DNA of 64,000 nt, from the NCBI GenBank assembly GCA_038153405.1, contig JAYOYH010000009.1:33996-97995 (forward strand). Direction: 5' to 3'. The first letter of the stretch is position 1. The number at the start of each line of letters is the position of its first letter. The DNA comes from Gemmatimonadota bacterium (GTDB lineage Bacteria; Latescibacterota; UBA2968; UBA8231). Positions 30,921 through 40,810 of the stretch are shown piece after piece. A program made the translations under genes and the position numbers. The notes beneath the pieces are model-generated. The model had not been told where the DNA came from and ran no database searches. It saw only the letters and a list, made by a program, of their open reading frames with translations.

Positions 30921-31728
30921 ATTGCTGGCAGCGGGGGCAGAAAAACGTGTTGCGCCCGCCCATAACGATGCTCTCCAGCGCATCGTTGCAGCGGCGACAG
31001 GGCTGGCCGGCCCGCCCGTAGACGGCCAGGCGCTGCTGAAAGCGTCCTCCTTCGCCCGAACCCAAATAATCGCTGATGGTGGTGCCGCCTTTGCGCACGG
31101 CGTTGCGCAGCACGCGCTTGATGCAACGCACCAGTTCGGCTAGCGCCTCATCGGCAATTGTCCCTGCCGGCGTCTGCGGATTAATGCCGGCGTAATAGAG
31201 CGATTCGCTGGCGTATATATTGCCGACGCCAACGACGATGTGGCCGTCCATAATGAGATTTTTAATGGGCGTGCTGCGTTCGCGGCAGGCGGCGGTCAGA
31301 TAGCGCCCAGTGAACGCGGTCGTCAGCGGTTCTGCGCCGAGACTGTTCAAGTAGCGACACTGCGCCTCTTCCCCCTCCTCGAGCACGATGACCAGGCCAA
31401 AGCGCCGCGGATCGTTAAAGACGAGCGGGCGTTCACCATCGAGATAAAAGACGACGTGGTCGTGTTTGGCGCCGGGGTCGCGCAGCAGCAAATTGCCGCT
31501 CATGCCCAGGTGGACGAGCAGCGTTGTGCCAGAGTCCAGGTCGAGTAAGAGATACTTGGCCCGGCGCCGGGCACTGGTGAAGCGCTCGCCGCGCAGACTC
31601 TGCAAGCGCGGTCGGTCTAGCTGTTCGCGAAGCCGTTTGTCGGATGTTTCTACGCGGCAGATTGCACGACCGGGTAGGGCTTCTTGCATCGCGCGGCGCA
31701 CGGTTTCCACTTCGGGTAGTTCGGGCAT
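30919..31728 (-). CDS. mutM: Formamidopyrimidine-DNA glycosylase
   Basis: N-terminal MPELPEVE, HLGMSG, DPRRFG, GVGNIYASE, C-terminal CxxC..CPRCQ zinc finger. Confidence 0.97.
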   Translation of the reverse strand: MPELPEVETVRRAMQEALPGRAICRVETSDKRLREQLDRPRLQSLRGERFTSARRRAKYLLLDLDSGTTLLVHLGMSGNLLLRDPGAKHDHVVFYLDGERPLVFNDPRRFGLVIVLEEGEEAQCRYLNSLGAEPLTTAFTGRYLTAACRERSTPIKNLIMDGHIVVGVGNIYASESLYYAGINPQTPAGTIADEALAELVRCIKRVLRNAVRKGGTTISDYLGSGEGGRFQQRLAVYGRAGQPCRRCNDALESIVMGGRNTFFCPRCQQ

Positions 31729-31825
31729 GCGAAGGAGTATATACGGGGGTGCACACGGCGTCAATATTGCTGCATTGGCGCGCCGCCGTATTTTGTACGA
31801 GCACACGCAAAAGGAGTGAGTACAT

Positions 31826-33136
31826 ATGGATTTGACTAGACAACCGCCGCGCCGCCCTTCAAATGTGAATATGGCGGGCATCGTGGGCCTGGCCCGCATG
31901 ACCGACAAGGCGCGCGCATACAACAGCGAGACATTGGAACCCTATCTGTACGGCGATGACTCGAATCTCGATACGGAAGTGCTGGGCCTTATCGGTATGA
32001 ATGCAGGTGACTTTGCCGAGGCGGCCGAGGCGATGAGCGACGAAGAACTCGTGGTTCGCGTGCGCGAGTCGATCGAGCACATTGGGCGCATGCACAGTGA
32101 GATAGACGCGTTTAATCGCGAGCGGCTCGAACGTCATCCACACGACGAGCGCCACCGCGCTCTGCTGGCGGAGCGCTTGGAAAAGTACGCGCCCGGCCGC
32201 ACCGATATAAAGACGATCTTCGCCTCGCTCGAGTTAGACGACTGGGGTCAGTTTCGCGAGATGGACCTGACGATAGAGCCGCCGCGCACGCCCTATTTGC
32301 GCAGTGTATTTGGCGTAATGGGTGCGGCGCGCATGGCCGATAAGGCCCGCGCTGCCCGCGCGGGTAAGTTGGGCGCCTATCGCTACGGCGACGATTCGGG
32401 TTTGGACAAGGCGATTCTCGAATTCCTTGGCATTGGCGCCGAAGACTTTATGGAGGCGGCCTATGCCAATCCCAACGATACGGAGCTTTCCGAGTGGGTC
32501 GCCCAGCAGGTGGAAAAGACGCCGTCGGAAAAGTGCACATTTAATGCGCTGCGCGCCCAGTTCGGGCGCTTTGGCGACGTGCGTGCCGCTTTTCTGCGCC
32601 GCAGGGACGAGGTTGGATGCAACAGCGGCAACGTCGACACCTATTTTGATCTGATGGACGTTGACGACGAACAGAGCTTTGGCGTGGTCGATCTGCGCCG
32701 GCATGCTCCGCGCAGCATCTACGATACGAGCGTGGCCGGCATTGCCGGGTTGGCGCGGGCCATCGACAAAGCGCGCGCCCACAACGGCCGGATGTTGGGC
32801 GCCTACTGGTTTGGCGACGATTCCGGCTTTGATCGGGCGGTGCTCAAATTGGTCGGTAGCACAGCGGCCGAATTTGCCGAGGCGACCAATGCATGTGCCG
32901 ATGATGAGGCCGTGCTGGCGTGGTTGGGCGACCGAGTCAGCGGTAAGAGCGACGAGGAAAAGGCGGAGTTTAATCAGTCGCTGTGGACTGCATCGCCGCG
33001 CGACGATCACCAGTGGGCCGCTGTACGGAAAGTGGTGGGTGCGCTCGATCCACGGCGCCAGGACGTATGCTGCTTTGCGGCAATGACGGCGCTCGACGAC
33101 AGCGTGTTCTTTGCGCGCATGAAGGCCGGCGTCTAA
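31826..33136 (+). CDS. Protein with three tandem DUF5069-like domains
   Basis: Three repeats of DL...PR....G..G.AR..DKARA....L..Y..GDDS..D. Confidence 0.8.
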   Translation: MDLTRQPPRRPSNVNMAGIVGLARMTDKARAYNSETLEPYLYGDDSNLDTEVLGLIGMNAGDFAEAAEAMSDEELVVRVRESIEHIGRMHSEIDAFNRERLERHPHDERHRALLAERLEKYAPGRTDIKTIFASLELDDWGQFREMDLTIEPPRTPYLRSVFGVMGAARMADKARAARAGKLGAYRYGDDSGLDKAILEFLGIGAEDFMEAAYANPNDTELSEWVAQQVEKTPSEKCTFNALRAQFGRFGDVRAAFLRRRDEVGCNSGNVDTYFDLMDVDDEQSFGVVDLRRHAPRSIYDTSVAGIAGLARAIDKARAHNGRMLGAYWFGDDSGFDRAVLKLVGSTAAEFAEATNACADDEAVLAWLGDRVSGKSDEEKAEFNQSLWTASPRDDHQWAAVRKVVGALDPRRQDVCCFAAMTALDDSVFFARMKAGV

Positions 33137-33831
33137 TGGCGCGACCGCTCATTGGCATTACCACGAGTCTGACGGAAACGGCCCAGGTGCTGCAGCGGCG
33201 CTACGTCGATGCGGTCGAGCGCGCCGGCGGTGCGCCGGTTATCGTCGCCCAAACGGCTGTCGCGGAAGCGCAGCGCCCGCTGCTCGACGCGCTAGACGGA
33301 CTGATCATTACGGGCGGTCCCGGTATTACGCAGGGCCTGGTCGGCGAACTGCCGGACGATTTGCCCGCCGTGGATCTGCACCGCTGGCAGTCCGATTGTA
33401 CTGCTTTTGACGCACTGCAAGAGCGGCACCGTCCAATGCTGGGCATCTGCTACGGCATGCAGTTTATCAATGCGCGCCTAGGCGGTACGCTCTACGCCGA
33501 CGTCGAGGCCCAGCTGGGCGTAGTGCCCCATTCGCCCAAGCGGACGGAAGGGCGCGAGATTGCGCACGATATTGCGCTGAGCGAGGGGTCTACCCTGGCT
33601 TCGATTGTCGGAACCCGTCGCGCTGTGGCTAATAGCTTTCACCTACAGGCCGTTGAGCAGGTGGGCCAGGGACTGAGGGTAAGTGGATACTCTGACGACG
33701 GGTTGATCGAAGCCATTGAGGGAGAAGAGGGGCGATTGGTGGGCGTGCAGTTTCACCCCGAGGCGATGCCGGGGTCGGCGTGGGACCGCCTCTTTGAACA
33801 CTTAGTCGCCCGCGCCAACCAGCGGGACTAG
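33136..33831 (+). CDS. Peptidase C26/PuuD-like gamma-glutamyl hydrolase (class I GATase fold)
   Basis: RPLIGIT, LGICYGMQ (Cys), NSFHLQAV, VQFHPE. TAATG overlap with the upstream gene. Confidence 0.9.
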   Translation: MARPLIGITTSLTETAQVLQRRYVDAVERAGGAPVIVAQTAVAEAQRPLLDALDGLIITGGPGITQGLVGELPDDLPAVDLHRWQSDCTAFDALQERHRPMLGICYGMQFINARLGGTLYADVEAQLGVVPHSPKRTEGREIAHDIALSEGSTLASIVGTRRAVANSFHLQAVEQVGQGLRVSGYSDDGLIEAIEGEEGRLVGVQFHPEAMPGSAWDRLFEHLVARANQRD

Positions 33832-34520
33832 GCGTCGCGCGAACGCCACGCGTCGCGGGCCTGCCGGCTCGCGACCTGCACGAGGCGATTTTCCTCGAGG
33901 AGATAGCCGGTAAGGGCGCGCCCGTAGACGCAGCCGGTATCGAGGCCCAGCAGGTAGGTAGAGCCGTCGCGCTCTTTGACGACGAGGCCGCCCGGCGCAT
34001 CGTGGCCAAAGATTAGCAGCGGATGCTGAGATGGCTCGTACGCATCGTGCCAGCGCGGTCCCTCAATGCGGCCTTCGACAGGCGGCCAGGTGCGGATGGC
34101 AATGAACTCCTCAAAACGCGTGCCGGACAGTCCGCGCTCTGGGTTGATGCCCGCGTGCACCAACAGAAACGCAGTGTCCTCTAGGTAGAGCGGCAGTTCG
34201 TCGAGCCAAGAACGCAGCGCGCTCCACACCGGTTCGAGCTGGCGCAGGGCGTAGCGCTGGTCGGGTCTGGCGTGCTGCAGATCGCCTCCCAGCAGCCGAT
34301 CGCCCAACTGCTGGCGCAGACGCACGTCGTGATTGCCCAGCACCATCTCTGCCTCGCATTCGCAGATGCGCTGCCAGACGCCGAGCGGATCGGGTCCGCG
34401 GGCAAAAGCGTCACCGGTCAGCAACAGGCGGTCTTGCCCAACGGCAAAGTGGGCCGCAGAAAGAAGTTCGTCGAGTTCCTCTGCACATCCGTGTACATCG
34501 CCGACGACTAGCGTGCGCAT
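33828..34520 (-). CDS. Metallophosphoesterase (ApaH/PrpA-like)
   Basis: GDVHGC, GD..ARGP, GNHD, VHAG, FGH, LDTGCVYG. Confidence 0.9.
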   Translation of the reverse strand: MRTLVVGDVHGCAEELDELLSAAHFAVGQDRLLLTGDAFARGPDPLGVWQRICECEAEMVLGNHDVRLRQQLGDRLLGGDLQHARPDQRYALRQLEPVWSALRSWLDELPLYLEDTAFLLVHAGINPERGLSGTRFEEFIAIRTWPPVEGRIEGPRWHDAYEPSQHPLLIFGHDAPGGLVVKERDGSTYLLGLDTGCVYGRALTGYLLEENRLVQVASRQARDAWRSRDA

Positions 34521-34605
34521 CGCATATCCTCTACTTGGTATTGCATCCGAACGGTGAAAAGGCTATCATAAGCCCCATATACGAACGCTGTTTAGAGCGA
34601 GCCCT

Positions 34606-35961
34606 ATGAGTGAAAACGCCGCAACACAACCCGGAGTCAGAACAGAGCCTGCATACTGTCATGTGATGGCCAAGCCGTCGGGTTCGGTGTGCAATATTGA
34701 CTGCAAATACTGTTTCTATTTGGAAAAAGAGAAGCTCTATCCGGATGCGCGCAAGAGCTGGCGCATGGAAGACGAAACGCTAGAGCTATACGTCAAGCAG
34801 TACATCGAAGCGCAGGATGTGCCGGTCGTCAACTTCGCCTGGCAGGGCGGCGAGCCGACGCTGATGGGCTTGGACTTCTTTCGCCGCGCCGTCGAACTTC
34901 AGCAGCGCTATGCCAACGGCAAGGCCGTTACCAACGCCTTTCAGACCAACGGCATCCTGCTCGACGACGAGTGGGGCGCCTTCCTTCATGAGCAGAAATT
35001 TCTCGTCGGCCTATCGATTGATGGGCCGCGCGAATTCCACGATCGCTACCGCGTCGACAAGGGACAGAAGCCGACCTTTGATCGCGTCTACGCCGGCCTG
35101 CAAACGCTCAAGCGCCACGCGGTCGAATTCAATACGCTGACCGTGCTGCAGAACCACAACGCCGATCACCCGCTGGAAATCTACCGCTTTCTGCGCGATG
35201 AGGGCAGCGGCTTTATGCAGTTTATTCCCATCGTCGAACGCTCGGCCGATCAGCCAGAGGACGATGGACTGGAGCTGGTCGATCCGACGTTTGAAGGCAA
35301 GGCGCTGGTGACGCGCTGGTCCGTAGGCTCGACTCAATACGGGCGTTTTTTGTGTCGGATCTTCGACGAATGGGTGCGCAACGACGTCGGTCGCGTGTTC
35401 ATACAGATGTATGATACGGCGCTGGGCGCTTGGATGGGTCAGGATCCCAGTCTCTGCATCTTTGCCCGCACCTGTGGCAAGGCGCTGATTATCGAGCACA
35501 ACGGCGATCTCTACTCCTGCGACCACTTCGTCTATCCAGACTATAGACTGGGCAATGTGCACGAGACATCAATCCGCGATATGGTTGCCAGTCCGCAGCA
35601 GGAGAAGTTTGGCAACGACAAGGAAGATGCGCTGCCCCAATACTGCGTCGAGTGCGACTATCGCTTTGCCTGCAACGGCGGCTGTCCCAAACAGCGCTTC
35701 ACGCGCACGCCACAGGGGGAAGCCGGCCTGAACTACTTGTGCAAGGGCTACAAGATGTTTTTCTCGCACGCCGATCCCTACATGCGCTTTATGGCCAACG
35801 AAGTGGGGCGTGGGCGACCAGCGGCCAACGTCATGCAGTGGGCGCGACAAATGGATGCGCAAAGGGATGCTGTGCGCCTGCGCGTCGATCCGGGGCGCAA
35901 CGATCCGTGTCCATGTGGCAGCGGCAACAAGTATAAGCGGTGCTGTGGCAAGGCCGCTTGA
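34606..35961 (+). CDS. Anaerobic sulfatase maturase (radical SAM/SPASM) with C-terminal SEC-C motif
   Basis: CNIDCKYC, WQGGEP, YSCDH, CVECDYRFACNGGCP, GRNDPCPCGSGNKYKRCCG. Confidence 0.93.
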   Translation: MSENAATQPGVRTEPAYCHVMAKPSGSVCNIDCKYCFYLEKEKLYPDARKSWRMEDETLELYVKQYIEAQDVPVVNFAWQGGEPTLMGLDFFRRAVELQQRYANGKAVTNAFQTNGILLDDEWGAFLHEQKFLVGLSIDGPREFHDRYRVDKGQKPTFDRVYAGLQTLKRHAVEFNTLTVLQNHNADHPLEIYRFLRDEGSGFMQFIPIVERSADQPEDDGLELVDPTFEGKALVTRWSVGSTQYGRFLCRIFDEWVRNDVGRVFIQMYDTALGAWMGQDPSLCIFARTCGKALIIEHNGDLYSCDHFVYPDYRLGNVHETSIRDMVASPQQEKFGNDKEDALPQYCVECDYRFACNGGCPKQRFTRTPQGEAGLNYLCKGYKMFFSHADPYMRFMANEVGRGRPAANVMQWARQMDAQRDAVRLRVDPGRNDPCPCGSGNKYKRCCGKAA

Positions 35962-36026
35962 GCCGAGTCCAGTGCAATGTAACCCGGCCCGACGGGCCTC
36001 AGAACGATTTGAACGGGAGTGGGCAA

Positions 36027-36926
36027 ATGATCGATATCCAGTTGCAACCGGAAGAAAACAAGGCGGTCGTGACAGTCGACGGCGCGCTCTTTACGGAGTA
36101 TCGCTACGGCCACTATGCGTGCCGGCCCTATTTTTACCCGCTGCACACGCCAGATGGTCAGGGCCTAACGCGCGCCTATCCGATGGAAGACGTCGAAGGT
36201 GAGAACCAGGATCACTACCACCATCGCAGCGTCTATACGGCGCACGGTCTGGTCAACGGCTATAACCTGTGGGACGAAGGCACCAACCACGGCGCCATGC
36301 TGCAGCGGGGCCAGCCCGTAGTCGGCGTCGTCGATGGCGTTGCGCAGATCGATGGCATCGTCGACTGGTACGGTCCAGAAGGTCAGAAACTGCTGGAAGA
36401 GCGGCGGAGTATTTCCATTCGCGTCGATGGCCAACTGCGCATTATCGATCAGCGCAGTGCGTTTCGCGCCGTTTACGGCGATGTGACCTTTGGCGATACG
36501 AAAGAGGGCGGACTTTACTCCATTCGCGTGCCGACATCGATGGACGCCAAAGACCATGGGCGCATCGAAAACGCCGAGGGCCAGGTGTTTGAAAACGGCG
36601 AAGGCAAGGAAGAAACGTGGGGTGTGCAGGCGGCTTGGGTCGACTATTCGGGGCCGCTGGCCAGCGGACAGCAGTGGGGCCACACCGTCGTCGACCACAA
36701 GGATAATCCGCTTTTCCCCACCTATTGGCACGTGCGCGGTTACGGACTGTTTACCGCTAATCCCTTTGGCGTGCACGATTTCAAGAGCGACGACAGCATC
36801 GATGCCAGCTGGACGATTCCCGGCGGTCAGCAGCGCGTCTTCCGCTTTCGCCACATCGTGCATCCGGGTCGCGGTGTCGATGGGCACGCCGCGGTCAGAG
36901 CGCATATCGCGGCATTCCAGCAATAG
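36027..36926 (+). CDS. DUF6807 (so-called PmoA-family) protein
   Basis: RPYFYPL, DHYHHRS, FGDTKEGG, WVDYSG, WHVRGYGLFTANPF. Start reassigned to ATG 36027. Confidence 0.75.
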   Translation: MIDIQLQPEENKAVVTVDGALFTEYRYGHYACRPYFYPLHTPDGQGLTRAYPMEDVEGENQDHYHHRSVYTAHGLVNGYNLWDEGTNHGAMLQRGQPVVGVVDGVAQIDGIVDWYGPEGQKLLEERRSISIRVDGQLRIIDQRSAFRAVYGDVTFGDTKEGGLYSIRVPTSMDAKDHGRIENAEGQVFENGEGKEETWGVQAAWVDYSGPLASGQQWGHTVVDHKDNPLFPTYWHVRGYGLFTANPFGVHDFKSDDSIDASWTIPGGQQRVFRFRHIVHPGRGVDGHAAVRAHIAAFQQ

Positions 36927-37127
36927 GTCTCCGCTCAGTCTGCAGGAGGCGCGTAGCTTGTTGACTACGCGCCCCCATCGCATATGCAGCACGCGTGTGG
37001 CGGCGCTGGCTGCCAGCTAACAATGCGCCTCTCTTGCCGCCAGCGCAAAGCCCGTTAACTTATCTGCTACACTGCATTACACACCATAACTAGCTAACTC
37101 AGCTACCAGCACGAAAAAAGGGGAAAA

Positions 37128-38174
37128 ATGGGCAAGAAAAAACTGCGCGTTGCCTTTATTGGCGCCGGCGGTATTGCCGGAGCGCACATGCGCTATTTCA
37201 AGGATATGGACGACGTCGAAATGGTGGCCGCATCCGACGTGGTAGCCGATAGTGTGCAGCGGCGCTGCGAGGAGTTTGGCATCGGCGAAGCGTTTACTGA
37301 CTACAAGAAGATGCTGAAGACCGTCAAACCCGATGCCGTAAGCGTTTGCACGCCCAATGGCCTGCACGCCCCCTGCTCAATTGCCGCACTCAATGCCGGT
37401 GCCCATGTCATCGTCGAGAAGCCGCTGGCGATGAACGCGCGCGAGGGGCAGAAGATGCTCGATGCGGCCAAGAAAAATCGCCGTAAACTCGTCATCGGCT
37501 TTCAGTATCGCTTTGATTCCAAAACAGCTTTTGTCAAAAATGCCGTCGATAGGGGCCAAATGGGCAAGGTCGTCTACGCTCGCGTGCATGCCCTGCGTCG
37601 CCGCGGTATCCCCAATTGGGGCGTCTTTGGCCGCAAGGACCTGCAGGGTGGTGGGCCGATGATCGACATTGGCGTACACGCCCTAGAAATGACGCACTTC
37701 GTCATGGGTTCGCCCAAGCCGGTGGCGGCCAGCGGCAGCACCTACACCTATTTGGGAGACAAGAAGTCCGACGTGGTTTCGCAGTGGCCCAACTGGGATT
37801 ACAAGACCTACACCGTTGAAGACCTGGCCGTTGGTTTAATTCGCTTTGACAACGGCGCGACGCTACACTTAGAAGCCAGTTTCGCCGCCCATATCGAAAA
37901 AAACGCTTGGAATTTCACTATCATGGGTGAGAAGGGCGGTGCATCGTGGGATCCACCTGGCCTGTTCAGCGACGAGAACAACTACATGGTTAACACGGAA
38001 CCCAACTGGCTGCCGAATACGGACGCGTTTGCAGCGAAGATGCGCAACTTCGTCGATCACGTTCTGTACAACCAGCCGACCATGGCGCCGGGCGAGCACG
38101 GCCTGATGGTGCAGAAGATGCTCGACGGCATCTACGAGTCGGCCGCCAAGGGTAGGGAAATCGCTATTAAATAA
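37128..38174 (+). CDS. Gfo/Idh/MocA oxidoreductase
   Basis: IGAGGIA, VCTPN, VEKP, GGGPMIDIGVH. Confidence 0.93.
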   Translation: MGKKKLRVAFIGAGGIAGAHMRYFKDMDDVEMVAASDVVADSVQRRCEEFGIGEAFTDYKKMLKTVKPDAVSVCTPNGLHAPCSIAALNAGAHVIVEKPLAMNAREGQKMLDAAKKNRRKLVIGFQYRFDSKTAFVKNAVDRGQMGKVVYARVHALRRRGIPNWGVFGRKDLQGGGPMIDIGVHALEMTHFVMGSPKPVAASGSTYTYLGDKKSDVVSQWPNWDYKTYTVEDLAVGLIRFDNGATLHLEASFAAHIEKNAWNFTIMGEKGGASWDPPGLFSDENNYMVNTEPNWLPNTDAFAAKMRNFVDHVLYNQPTMAPGEHGLMVQKMLDGIYESAAKGREIAIK

Positions 38175-38194
38175 GAGGCCGTCTGTCGATTCGG

Positions 38195-38225
38195 GAACCG
38201 GCTCCAGAGCGGGGCCGGTTCTTTC
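38195..38225 (+). terminator. Intrinsic terminator
   Basis: GAACCGGCTCC-agagc-GGGGCCGGTTC followed by TTT. Confidence 0.65.
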
Positions 38226-38298
38226 TGATCGAGCTCGATCACTGTTTATAGTTTATTTTTTTGCATTGAGTCCGATAAGATAAGGCAGGAGGAAACCC

Positions 38299-38775
38299 GT
38301 GATGAGTATACAAAAGACAGTGAAGTTCCTGCTCTGCTGCGCACTGTTTACGAGTGCTGCAGTCTGGGCAGAAGATGAGCAAAGTGGCGAAGGACGCATC
38401 GAGTATCGCGAAAAGGTAATGAAAGTCCTGGCGGCTCAGTCGGGTGCCGTTGGCGATATTCTCAAATACAAGCTGTCCTACGGCGGCGATATCCTCGTGC
38501 ACGCCAAGGGCCTGCAGGCGGCTAGCAAACTAGTGATGCCCTCGTTCAAGGCCAAGGCGATGAAAGACGGGGGCGGCGCCCGTGCGGAAATCTGGGAGAA
38601 GTGGGAAGAATACGTCGCGGCAGCGAAGGTGCTCGAGGATGCTACCAATGAGTTGGTAGTCGCTGCTGAGAAGGGAGATATGAAGGCGGTCGGCGCGGCG
38701 ATGCGCGCCGTCGGTGGGTCCTGCGGCAACTGCCACAGGCCATTTCGCAACAAACACGATCACCACGATCACTAG
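38299..38775 (+). CDS. Cytochrome c' (class II) with His-rich tail
   Basis: Signal peptide, IEYR..VMK, AEIWEKW, C-terminal CGNCH..FR, ending HDHHDH. Confidence 0.9.
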   Translation: MMSIQKTVKFLLCCALFTSAAVWAEDEQSGEGRIEYREKVMKVLAAQSGAVGDILKYKLSYGGDILVHAKGLQAASKLVMPSFKAKAMKDGGGARAEIWEKWEEYVAAAKVLEDATNELVVAAEKGDMKAVGAAMRAVGGSCGNCHRPFRNKHDHHDH

Positions 38776-38854
38776 TCCACATGCTCTAAACGGCGCGTGG
38801 GCATATAGTATGAGGAGCGCGGGGTAGATTGCATACAGCCCCGCGCTTTTGCGT

Positions 38855-39745
38855 ATGAAGCGAATACGCCGTATGGTCCTTTGGGGGCTATGGGGTCTGT
38901 ATACAGCGGCGGCCCAGGCCCAGTCGCCCATTGAGCGCGGCGAGTATCTGTTTCGCGCTAGCGGCGGCTGTAGTTGCCATACCGACTTGGCCAATGGCGG
39001 TGCGTTTATGGCCGGCGGCCGCGCGATCGCAACGCCGTTTGGCTCCATTTATTCCACCAATATTACGCCAGACGCCGAGACGGGTATCGGTCGCTGGAGC
39101 GATGCCGATTTTGTGCGCGCCATGCGCGAGGGGATTGCGCCAGATGGCTCGCACTACTATCCGGTTTTTCCCTACACGTCCTTTGCGCGCATGCGCGAAC
39201 GCGACGTTCTCGACTTAAAGGCTTATTTGTTTAGCCTACCAGCAGTCAGCAAAGAAAATCGCGCAAACGAATTGCCGCCGCCTTTTAGCTGGCGCTTTGT
39301 GCTCTCGCTGTGGAAAGCGCTGCATTTTTCCGCGGGCGAGCACCAGGCCGATGCCAGCCAGTCGGCACAGTGGAATCGCGGTGCCTACTTGGTCGAAGCG
39401 CTGGCGCACTGTGCGGAGTGCCACACGCCGCGGACGGCAACGGGAGGCCTACTAGGCGATATGGCTTTTGCCGGCTCGGTCGAGGGGCCGGAGGGCGAAT
39501 GGGCGCCGAATATTACGCCGGATAGCACTACGGGCGTGGGGACGTGGAGCAAACCGGATATGACCTGGTATCTGCAGACCGGCCTAGAGCCAGACGGCGA
39601 TTCGGCACAGGGGCTGATGTGGGAAGTTATCGAGCAGGGCTATCAGCACCTCAGCGAAGAAGATCTCGGCGCCATAGCCACGTACTTGCAATCCCTCAAC
39701 TCCATTGAGAACGCCTTGGGCAAAGAGCGGGCTGCGGCCGATTAA
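38855..39745 (+). CDS. Diheme cytochrome c (gluconate/alcohol dehydrogenase cytochrome subunit-like)
   Basis: RGEYL..GCCSCHT, NITPD.ETGIG.WS, YYPVFPY, RGAYL..HCAECHTPR. Confidence 0.9.
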   Translation: MKRIRRMVLWGLWGLYTAAAQAQSPIERGEYLFRASGGCSCHTDLANGGAFMAGGRAIATPFGSIYSTNITPDAETGIGRWSDADFVRAMREGIAPDGSHYYPVFPYTSFARMRERDVLDLKAYLFSLPAVSKENRANELPPPFSWRFVLSLWKALHFSAGEHQADASQSAQWNRGAYLVEALAHCAECHTPRTATGGLLGDMAFAGSVEGPEGEWAPNITPDSTTGVGTWSKPDMTWYLQTGLEPDGDSAQGLMWEVIEQGYQHLSEEDLGAIATYLQSLNSIENALGKERAAAD

Positions 39746-40025
39746 CGGGAAGCACTCCGCTGCGCACGTACTGCGTCTCGCGCAATTCTGGCGCGTAGCG
39801 ACTTGGCCCCAGCAGCTGCGGCAGCGCCGCGTCGTCCTCATCGGTTCCGGCCAGGTCAAACTGGTCGCCCCTATCCCAACCCATTCGCTCGGCAAAGAGG
39901 CGGTCGTATATGAGGCGGAGCCGCTCGACTTCTTCGCCGGCGATAAGCGCGTTGAGGGCGAGAAAGCCATCGCGGTGGAATTGTTCGATCTGACCTTGGG
40001 TCAGTTCGGTAGTAAGTGCACTCAT
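39696..40025 (-). pseudogene. 3'-truncated phytanoyl-CoA dioxygenase (PhyH)-family gene
   Basis: LTQGQIEQFHRDGFL..LPQLLGPSRYAPELRET N-terminus with no HxD/H facial triad. The frame runs into the convergent cytochrome gene after about 87 codons. Confidence 0.7.
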
Positions 40026-40798
40026 TGCCATTCCCCCAAGATGGCGCGCACGAGGGCTAAGCTATTGCTGAGCGCGGCGACCGGGTCGGGTAGGGTGGGA
40101 TGGAGTTCTAAGCTAATGGGGCCCGTGTAGGCACTCTCGTCGAGGGCTAGGAGGAGGTCGCGCAGCGCGGTGCGGGTTAGCACGCCGTCGCCCAGCGCCC
40201 AGTGCAGGTCGCTGCGGCCGTCGTTGTCGTCGAGGTGCACGTAGCCAAGGCGTCTGCCTGCTCGGGCAATGACGGCGGCAGGATCTTCACCGGAAATCTG
40301 CAGGTGCCCGCTGTCCATTAGCAGGTAGAGGTTGTCGTGGGCGAGGGCTTCCAAATAGTCGAGCGTGCCGGCCGCCGTCGGCAGCGCTTTGCCGGGAAAG
40401 TGCTCGACGCCGAGCGCAATATGGCGCGCGGCGGCCATATCGGCGATTGCGACCAGGCTTTCGCCAAAATAGCCGAGCAGGTCGCTGTCGTCGCCCGGCA
40501 CGACGTAGGCCGTGTCGATTTGGCTGTTGGCGGCTTGATCGAGACCTCGCTCCACGTGATCAATGGAGCGCTGGCGTGCGGTGGCATCGCCGCTGTCGAG
40601 CGCGGCTCCTGCATCCATATTGAACGACAGGCCCACGCAGCGCATGCGCATACCGAGCGCATTGACCCGCGCTCGCACAGAGGAACTGGTATAGGTCTGC
40701 GCCTGCACGTCGAGTTGGGCAAAGCCCAAGTCGGCGAGGCGTTGCAGTGCCTCTTCTTCGGGAGAGGGCAGGGCCCAGGCACAACAGGAGATATCCAT
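40022..40798 (-). CDS. Sugar phosphate isomerase/epimerase (AP endonuclease 2 TIM barrel)
   Basis: GVEH, MDSGH, YVHLDDNDG..DLH..G.G, SLE. Confidence 0.85.
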   Translation of the reverse strand: MDISCCAWALPSPEEEALQRLADLGFAQLDVQAQTYTSSSVRARVNALGMRMRCVGLSFNMDAGAALDSGDATARQRSIDHVERGLDQAANSQIDTAYVVPGDDSDLLGYFGESLVAIADMAAARHIALGVEHFPGKALPTAAGTLDYLEALAHDNLYLLMDSGHLQISGEDPAAVIARAGRRLGYVHLDDNDGRSDLHWALGDGVLTRTALRDLLLALDESAYTGPISLELHPTLPDPVAALSNSLALVRAILGEWQ

Positions 40799-40810
40799 GG
40801 TAGACCTTTC

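Noticed and set aside
36027..36926. Methane monooxygenase implied by the PmoA family label
   Set aside because: Soluble DUF6807-type protein without TM helices or pmoB/pmoC neighbours.
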